The translations under genes were made by a program, and so were the position numbers. 41,382 nt of DNA. Source: Trichinella spiralis (Eukaryota). Every line of letters begins with the position of its first letter. Within the stretch, counting starts at the first letter, position 1. The stretch covers positions 3,093,144-3,134,525 of the forward strand of contig NW_003526945.1 of NCBI RefSeq assembly GCF_000181795.1. Reading direction: 5' to 3'. Below, piece after piece: positions 33,201 to 41,382 of the stretch. The notes under the pieces were generated by a model that saw nothing but the letters and a program-made list of their open reading frames with translations, did no database searches and had not been told where the DNA came from.

Positions 33201-36200
33201 TATTGCTGAAAATAAAATATAAAAATATAAGCACTTTCATGACATTGTCAGTAGAGACGGCAAGCTGCTCATATTTTACCGTACGTTGATGTTGTGATTC
33301 ATGTACACTGGCAATAAGTATAAAGCTAGGAGGTAGAAATCAGCACTTACAACCCAATTCACCAACATCACTTTTATGACGAATTCACTAGGAGGAATTG
33401 TACCGTCAGGTCTCAACATGTTTATTAAATTTAATTCAGTCAAGTGAAGTCAAGTAAAAATGATCCTTCTTCGATATCTGAATTTTCAGTTGCAATAACT
33501 TTTGCTATTTTTGAAAAATTGATGATGTTTTCTCAAACGGTTGCAGAATATGTTTCATTAAAATCAGTAAATGAATGTGCATTAGTGCAGGATGTAAAGT
33601 TTGAGGGGGTAAAATGTATAAATTTTTAATAATTAGCTTCTCTATTTTGTCGTTGCATATAAGATAACAATGTTGCCGGTTTGTCACTCTTTTAAAATGA
33701 CAACCGTGATACACAATTTTTAGTACTTCAACTCAGCATGTGCATTACATTAAATTATCAATTCATTATTTTTGCGTTTTCAGTAAATGTTATGTTTTAC
33801 CAAACTTCTATTTTTTTGCATTCATTCCTTATCTTTTCAAAGTGGTTGATCAAAGTTTGATTGAAATGTTCATTAAACAATCAGTTCTTTTAAATTAATG
33901 AATGAATTTTGCTGAACACTGCAAAGTATTATCATGGTGCTAGTACACCCGCATTTACGTCTGACACTATTTTATACTTCTTTAATTACGCCATAATATT
34001 ATTTGTGATATACAGAGACTTTCATCTGTAACGTATTGAGGATTTTGTTGTTGTTCAGCTATTACTATAATCTTTGGTGTTGACTCATTACATTGTTATT
34101 ATACGTTTTCAAAGCATACATGCATTTCTAGGTCAGAAGAGTAACTTTATGCAAATGTGAGGGTAAACACTGCCGTTGGCATTCTGCTACGTGCACTTTG
34201 TGCTATGCAAATGCGGTAGCAATGTTCCCTATATAAATTTCTGTTTATTGAGAGAAGTGCACTATAGTATAAATGTTCGCTGCTGAATGGCGGTCTACTT
34301 ACTTACTGCATTGCGTTATTCGGTCATTTTCATGGTTCAGTTCAACAAATACGTTGTGATTGTTAGACTAAAAATATGAAGAAACCACTTACATCTCTTT
34401 CAAAATGTATGACTGTACGTTTGCCTTATACGTCATCCCTGATAGGTTTGCTGACAGGTATGAATTTTCATATATTTGCTATTTTTTCATACAATGTTTT
34501 CTTTCTTTTTCTTGGCACACTGCATTTAACATGCGCGCTTTTAAAGCTTTTCCCAGATGCTTAATTTTAGTCTTTTTGAATGGAAACTAGCGCGTTGTTC
34601 TTCAGTAATGATGTTCAACTAATATCTGAGACTTTATTACGGACAAGCCAATATATAATAGTACTAATGGTATATTTTGCTCTAATTTTCAATAGTCCTT
34701 ACAAATCCATTTGTGAAGTAGCACTCTGATATAGCAGTTGAACCCCTCCCGCATTATCTGTACTGTCCACTGCAATGTCTATTGCTAAGGTAACATACTT
34801 GCCCAGTTGTTGAAAGGAAATGTCTGTCACCGGGATACTGCAGTCGCAGAATCGCACCCCTAAATGATTGTCACTGCTCAAATCGTGCACAAGATTGTTT
34901 CAGTATGACATAGGAAAGGTGCTGTTAGCTAGAGAACACACTTTTATACTACCACCTTTCATACTTTCAGAATGGCAGTAACGTTCCCTTCATTTTTGAA
35001 ATGACTCCTTAAAGTTTCTATTATATTATTGTACCGCCAGTGGCACTGACTTATACAGATGCACCTATTTTCTGTCATTGAGAAAATAACTCAATGCCCA
35101 TCAATGTTGTCAGTATTGATAAATGAACCTACACCTGAATATTATACGTGACGATTGAGTGGAAGAACGCATGTGACAACTTCCACCTCATCCATCCTTC
35201 AACTTCTTACTCATTCCTTCCTGCTATGCTGTCCCGCCCTTCTTTCCTTTCTAATGATCCCCATCATTGATCTCGTAATAATACTAAACTGAACAGAGAT
35301 CGCATTAAACTGAAAATTCTTCCCCCCCCCCTATTTCGAATTGAATGAACAGCACTTAGTTGTTTTTATCTCATATAAATTTAATTTCTCATAATTGCTG
35401 TCGACTAGCAATATAACCAAATCCTGGCTAATCCTGATTCTTTTGTTTTATTCTTTTCATGAAATGCAATACAGAATTGTCACCCGCATAAGTTTCTTGA
35501 ATTCATTGCAAATCGTTGAGTTACTTAATTTCGGCTAGTAGGTTTATCTCATATTGTATGTGGCGCGCTGATGCAGTTCTCCATCAAGTTTGCAGTCTTA
35601 CTATAAATCATCATAAGGTGTAAACAAAAGTTTAGTTAAAACAAAATTTCAATAGTAAATAAGCTGTCAAGTGGCATACCCACTGGTGTAGCTGCTTACC
35701 ATCATGATATCTACGCTGCGCACTAGTTAAATTCTGTGCTAAGATGAATTGTATATTATAAAATTTCTGTCGCAGTTATCATCATAAAATTTCATGACAA
35801 CTGTTTAATTTTCCATAAATCTGAAAACGTATTTTATTTTCGAAACTATTTTCAGTGGAAGCTATTTTTTTATTATCCATATAATTTTGATTAGATGAAA
35901 AACATTGATAAAATATAAATTATTGAATCACCTTGTACTTTCAAGCAACTAAATTACACAACATGCATAAATTCACAGTAATAGCATTTCCGTTTATTTT
36001 TAGTAATTTGCGATGCTTCAGGTTAATAATATTTCCTTTTGGGTAATTTTAGGGAAAATAATTTGCATAACAATGCCATATTACGTAGTAATATGAAGTG
36101 TGTAAATAGAAACGTAATAAATTTCATCGTCTCGTTTCATAATGTTGCTTATAATGTTTATTTTACTGCGCTATTAGTGATGGAAATTTAGGTTATTCTT

Positions 36201-37026
36201 CCTGAAGCAAAGTAAATAGTCATTTGCATAATTTTCTTATTATACAATTGACCAAGCACATCGATTTTATTAGGTTATGCAGTTCACTGCAATGCTATCA
36301 ATCTAGCACGTGGTCAACTATAATTCCGCTCTTCAACACCATCCATGAATAACTGGTAAGTTGGATTTGATATTTTGGTGGTGGCATGCTATGCATGTTA
36401 CTTTACATATGTGGTGAATGGAAACTGGCGGGTGTCTTTCTAGTGTTATTATTGCTAAGTTTTAGATACATCAGATGCTGAAGACGAAGAAGTATCTATT
36501 TCTGTTTTTTATTTATAGATGACTGCATTAATATCATTCACTTTTAGAATTTACATTATTTTACATTCATATGAATGAATATGAAACAACCGAATTCTGA
36601 AAACTAACTGAATATGGTAACTATGCATCATGATGAATATGCGTTGCTTTCTACTTGAATTTTTCTGTTAAATTTAGGTTGAAGGTTGCAGTGCTATTAG
36701 CGCCACATTGCTTTCATTCTAACTGCAGCACTATTGTTAAATTATTATGTATATGATATCATAGATTAGGTGCCCTTGATTCAATTCTTTTAAGAATTGA
36801 AAATTACATTTGTCTTGCTACATTTTGAAAATGCCCAGATGCAATCTATTATCAGTAAAGACAGGTAAAAGCTGATGAACAGTGGTTGTTGGAGTTGCCG
36901 ACCCAGCGTTCAAAAAACGTATTACAAAAAACAGTAAGTGTTTAATTTGTTTAATTAGATAGCAAGTCGATAGGCGTATTAGATATAGGTAGAATTAGGT
37001 AACTTCTGTAATTACAGATACAGTCA

Positions 37027-37331
37027 GCAGTGACGTTTCCCAGTTGTTCTAGTGTGTTTTCACTAATCATAAAAGTAAGAAGGAATGGATTGTAATTGTA
37101 GCAGATTTCGCTGAGTCAGTCGAGCAGCGTTCGTACAAATCCTGACAACGTATTGTTGCTTGTTCCTGTCAGTGCGTTTCCAATGTGATATGACAAAAAT
37201 TAGTAAGTAGTTTTTGTTTATAATAGCTGTGTGGATTACCTCATCCCATGAAGCTTGTACCGTTTGCAACCCGCGTTCGCATGGACGTAAAGGCGTTTCC
37301 TAGCCGTCTCAGTGTTCCTTTGCTTATCACA
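37027..37331. repeat. Copy 1 of a diverged ~290-305 bp local duplication
   Basis: Shares blocks such as gcagtgacgtt, ttagtaagtagtttttgtttataatagctgtg, catcccatgaagcttg, catggacgtaaaggcgttt and ctttgcttatcaca with 37699-37983. Confidence 0.9.
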
Positions 37332-37698
37332 TCATCAGTATCGTTCATCAGTAAGTATTGAATTTGATTAATTAGATAGCTGGAAGATGCCAGTGTTACA
37401 TGGATTGAATTTGAATATCTATCTGAATATGATTATGAATATGAATACATGAATATCTATAATAACGTATAACATCATTAGCTGAACTGTTTTCAAGTCC
37501 CTTTCGCTCTGGACACCGTGCTTAGTCATGTTCACATCAGTTTGTTCTAAATGTGGCATCACAAACATCCGTAAGTATCGAGCTTGCTCCTAATTGCAAT
37601 TGGATACGTAATGTGTGCACATTTTATCCATGACAGCATTACGTTAACATCAAACGAATTCGATGTTTCTTCTGATGGCCCTCTGAGTTGAAGTTGAC

Positions 37699-37983
37699 GC
37701 AGTGACGTTCATCATTGGTACTAGTGTGGTTTCACTTATCATAAGAGTAAGAAAGATGATTGTATTTCTAGCAGCCTATGTGGAGACAGTCGAGTAGCGC
37801 CGGTGTCCGTACAGATCTTTCGAGAGTGCGTTTCCAGTGTGATATGACATAAATTAGTAAGTAGTTTTTGTTTATAATAGCTGTGGATTACGTCATCCCA
37901 TGAAGCTTGCACCGTTTGCAACCCGTGTTCACATGGACGTAAAGGCGTTTTCTAGGCGTCCCAGTGTGCCTTTGCTTATCACA
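37699..37983. repeat. Copy 2 of the local duplication
   Basis: Collinear with 37027-37331, with substitutions and small indels. Confidence 0.9.
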
Positions 37984-38420
37984 AATTCACAAAGAAGGAA
38001 TTCGATATTGTTTACGGCAGCAATGAAATACGTTAAATAAATAGAACAGGTACGTCGCTGTACATCCCAGAATTTTGTTCTTGATAGCAATTTATGAATT
38101 TTTTAGTCGCAGCCGATGGCACTCTCAAATTGCGTTTCCTACGGTTCTGTTTTTCCTTGTCACGCAAGGTAAGGAAGAATTTCATTAATTTTTGTAGAAG
38201 AATTGTATTTAAAGTTTTGGTGCGTAACTGTGAAGACGAGAGCCGCATTTTGAATGATTTCCATCTAATAACTTTTATTAGATGAAAATCGTTCAAAATG
38301 CGTTATTAGGCTGTTATTCGTCTTCAATTACTTTTTATAATATGGCCATAATAGGGTATATAACTATATTCATCTATGAATTTTAGAATCATGGCATGTT
38401 TAAATTCTTCATTAAGAGAA

Positions 38421-38729
38421 GTAGAGGTAGCGTAAAGTACTGGTAGGTAGCATCAAAATGCAGGTAAGTGGAGTCAAAGCGGTTATATTAAAGTGCGTAC
38501 AGGTAAATGGACTGCAGGTAAGTACTGAAGGTAAGTGCGTACGTAGGGTGCAGGTGAGTAAAATGAAAAGGGAAGTTGTGCAGGTAAGTATAAAGAAAGA
38601 CATCGTAGGATTAAAGAGCGTAGAGGTAAAGGTAAGTATAAGGCGTCACTCTACGCTGAGTGGAGGGGGTACTGGAAAGCGTAATAAGTGAGGTAAGTAG
38701 AGAACATGTATGGAATTGCAGAAGTAAGG
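38421..38729 (+). other. Purine-rich array of consensus 5' splice-site (U1-complementary) motifs
   Basis: CAGGTAAGT at 38461, 38515, 38581; AAGGTAAGT at 38528, 38629; GAGGTAAGT at 38690; CAGGTGAGT at 38551; CAGGTAAAT at 38500; GAGGTAAAG at 38623. Confidence 0.8.
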
Positions 38730-38744
38730 AGCCTGATGCTAAAA

Positions 38745-38997
38745 TTCAAAACTTTCGAAAAAATACCTGAGGGAAAGCCCTGGGCATAGCCTGAAGGCAA
38801 ATAAAAATTTGCATATCCCCCTGAAGGCAAAGAATGTGCAATAAAATGCTTTGGGCGTAGCCTGCGGGAATATGCAAATTTTTATTTGCCCTGGGGCATA
38901 GCCTGAGGCGACGCCCGGGGCTAAATTTCAAAAAATTTCAAAATTTTTAAAAAATTGCCTGAGGCATAGCCCCAGGCGTAGCCTGAGGGCAAATAAA
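38745..38997. repeat. ~193-bp palindrome-containing tandem repeat/satellite or MITE-like unit running into an assembly gap
   Basis: Perfect 21-bp inverted repeat GGCAAATAAAAATTTGCATAT at 38796-38816 / 38870-38890; ~12-bp GCCTGAGGCATA-like subrepeats; unit restarts at ~38937; Ns begin at 38998. Confidence 0.8.
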
Positions 38998-39677
38998 NNN
39001 NNNNNNNATAAATACTATGATGAAACCACATTTAAAAATACTTCTTTTTTGACATACTACTAAATAATTTAGCCTTTATATCAGCTTTCTGTTGTCACTT
39101 TGAATTTCATGTATATTTGAAAGTCCCTATGATTATTAATACTAAAGTGTTTACATGAATAATCTGCAAACACAAACTATGTCTTTCCCACTTTAAAGCA
39201 TGTCACATTCATCAGCAGTTGTCGTAGACCACGATAGCTACTATCAAATGATTTGACAAAAGTTTCTTATCGTACTTCGAATCCATCAGATGATACATTT
39301 CGAACTTTCAACTTTTGTTCATTTTTCATAACTTTCTTCTTTTATACAAGTGGTCATTTTTGATTTATGATTAATATCAATTTTACAAGTGCGGTACTCT
39401 GTATGTGATACTGCGCATGTAAGATTTTTTTCCGTATGTTGAAAACAGATTTTATTTTGCTATTTCTAAAACCAGATCGTCTAGTGTAAGCTATCGCTTG
39501 TCTGAATATATTTTATTGACTTGTATTTATTACATGCTCTTGTAATTGCAATAATCTTCTGTTTTTCTTCGACCCTTGGAAATTTCTCCAAATCTTTAAA
39601 ATATTGCTCATAATGCACAGCAACATTCCAATATCAAAGTCGTTTTCTCTGACATATAGTAAAAGATTCATTTAACA

Positions 39678-40184
39678 CAGTGTTTCTCAACCTGTGTCAG
39701 CGCACGCCCCCCTTAATAAAAGTTCGGCAGTTAATGCCCCCTCTCTAATAAAAAGTAGTACGGTATGTATTCAGTGTACGCAAAGCAACATTTTGCTTCA
39801 TGGTTGCATCAAGCCAAGCTAGTTTCCACAGTAAAACATTCCTGAATGATTCACAATAAAAATTTAATGAGAATATTGACAATGCTTATTTGCGACTAAG
39901 TTGTCTATTCTTGGTGGAGTGGGTGATAAGGTACATCGCAGGTCGCTCTCAACGTTTAGCCTGTTTCGATGTTGCGTATTAAGCGTCATGAGAGCTGAGA
40001 ATCCCGTTTCACAAAGGTACGTTGAGGAAAAAGGAATCAATATACGTAAGCTTTGTGAACTTATTTAGGATATTCTGCTTGTAACTTCACTCAGAAGTTT
40101 TCTAATGGCATACTTTCAAAGCTATCTTTAGCTAAGCTGTTGAATTGCAGTTCAATGGCTTCTTCTTGAAGATCGTGTGGAAGG
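39678..40184 (-). mobile_element. Decayed hAT DNA transposon (Buster/Charlie, ZBED5/FAM200-like), 3' end with TIR
   Basis: TIR-like CAGTGTTTCTCAACCT at 39678. The - strand reads LPHDLQEEAIELQFNSLAKDSFESMPLENF*VKLQAEYPK, a frameshift, then LRILIPFSSTYLCETGFSALMTLNTQHRNRLNVESDLRCTLSPTPPRIDNLVANKHCQYSH* (stop 39866-39864), the hATC dimerisation domain. Truncated by the gap at 40185. Confidence 0.9.
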
Positions 40185-40413
40185 NNNNNNNNNNAGGAAA
40201 ATGCTTTTGTGGTAGCTTTATGGAAAATGTTAAATAATAGAGCAAAGAGAAGTATCCCGTCAAATAAATTTGCTCCTGATTTTTCTTTATCGCTGACAAG
40301 ATCCTAAAACCTACTAGGCAGTTTCCAGAGAAATTCTCCAAAATACTGCCTTTTATTAATATAAAACTATAACAATGAAATAAATGCAAATTTGGAAATC
40401 AAATTATTCGGCA

Positions 40414-40810
40414 ATTTCCGCAAAAACAACCAAGTCTATAGCGTATGAAATTTTGAAATTTTCGAGAAAAACGTTGTCTTCCAAAAATACACGTTAATGG
40501 AATCAGTCGATCAAAACGATTAGCGGAGTACAACAAACGTATCTTCCTGTTGCCGGTTGGGTAGTTCTCGACATATCCTTAAAGGACTGGAAATTTAGCT
40601 ACGCAATAAGATACGCAATATGGAAAATTTAGAAGCCATTTATCCCACAACTACTACGTAGTGAGGTTGATACTGGAGAAAGCACTATTATTTATCAATA
40701 TGAAAGCACAACAATCAAAAAAAGTCCAAATTTTGAAAACAAATATTTCACTGATTTTCGCAAAAACAATCAAGTCTATAGCCCACGAAATTTTGCAATT
40801 TTCGAGAAAA
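40414..40810. repeat. Pair of ~57-bp direct repeats spaced ~340 bp apart
   Basis: cgcaaaaacaa(c/t)caagtctatagc...gaaattttg(a/c)aattttcgagaaaa at ~40414-40470 and ~40754-40810. Confidence 0.8.
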
Positions 40811-41382
40811 ATTTCTTTCTCTGAAAATTAAGGCAATTAATTTATACAGGTAGAAGATTATCATCTAACTACTGTAAAGTTATCCGGAATACCCCTGATT
40901 GCGTACTTCTTCAGACATACTAAAAAAGTGAAAATAAAAATATGATTTTAACGAAACCGAAATAAAAAGGAATGAAAAATAAAAGTGAAATAAATGTGCA
41001 TATGGAATGGTGTCTTTAATTTTTACAAGAAAAGAATCAATGCTTTCACGTGAAAAAAAATTTTATTTTAATATTAATTGTTCCTGATTTTCATTTAAAG
41101 TACAGGAACGTTCAAAATTAACAACCTTTGTTCATTGAATACTTTTGATTAATTACAATAAAGAGATAAGAATTATCCAAAATTATCCGATTAGAAAGCT
41201 ATTTTCGTGCAATATGCCAGTGTTTTATTCTATAAATTTCAAATGCTCAAACCAGCAACTTTATCAAATTTCTCAAAAAATCATCGATTGCGGGTTACTG
41301 AAAATTTACACACCTATAATTGGCACACAATTGCTTGCACTGATCATAAAAGTATTTTACAATAGGCCGTAGTTAGTGAGAA

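Noticed and set aside
34149..34212. Two ATGCAAAT octamer motifs
   Set aside because: The motif recurs several times in this AT-rich window and no snRNA gene follows.
30480..36900. Numerous 60-136 aa ORFs in the gene-poor region
   Set aside because: Low-complexity, AT-driven composition with no recognisable domains or convincing multi-exon models.
38500..38591. U1 snRNA gene on the minus strand (starts ATACTTACCTG)
   Set aside because: Sequence after the first 11 nt shows no U1 stem-loops or Sm site.
38421..38729. CRISPR-like repeat-spacer array
   Set aside because: Repeat core is only ~9 nt, spacers are highly irregular, the context is eukaryotic and no cas genes are present.

Overview
AT-rich, intron-containing animal genomic DNA with many short (~45-90 nt) GT-AG introns. 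The gene content and hAT remnant suggest a nematode, possibly Trichinella-like (inference). Five protein-coding genes were traced by hand. (1) The 5' part of a BLTP2/Hobbit/KIAA0100 lipid-transfer gene (- strand, runs off the left edge). (2) An intronless ZIP/SLC39A zinc transporter only ~217 nt upstream on the same strand, an operon-like arrangement. (3) A strongly diverged eIF3a-like gene whose spliced frame appears to continue through a duplicated module into a C-terminal domain resembling KIAA0930/DUF2045. (4) A BMPER/crossveinless-2 gene that has GETR in place of the GDPH autocleavage motif and no detectable C8/TIL tail. (5) SmB (SNRPB), with a candidate stop-codon 'poison' cassette exon in intron 2. 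The right ~11 kb is gene-poor. It holds a ~300-bp duplication, a dense irregular array of consensus 5' splice sites (AG|GTAAGT) next to a palindromic ~193-bp repeat at an assembly gap, and a decayed Buster/Charlie hAT transposon. Homology calls come from remembered family sequences, not database searches.
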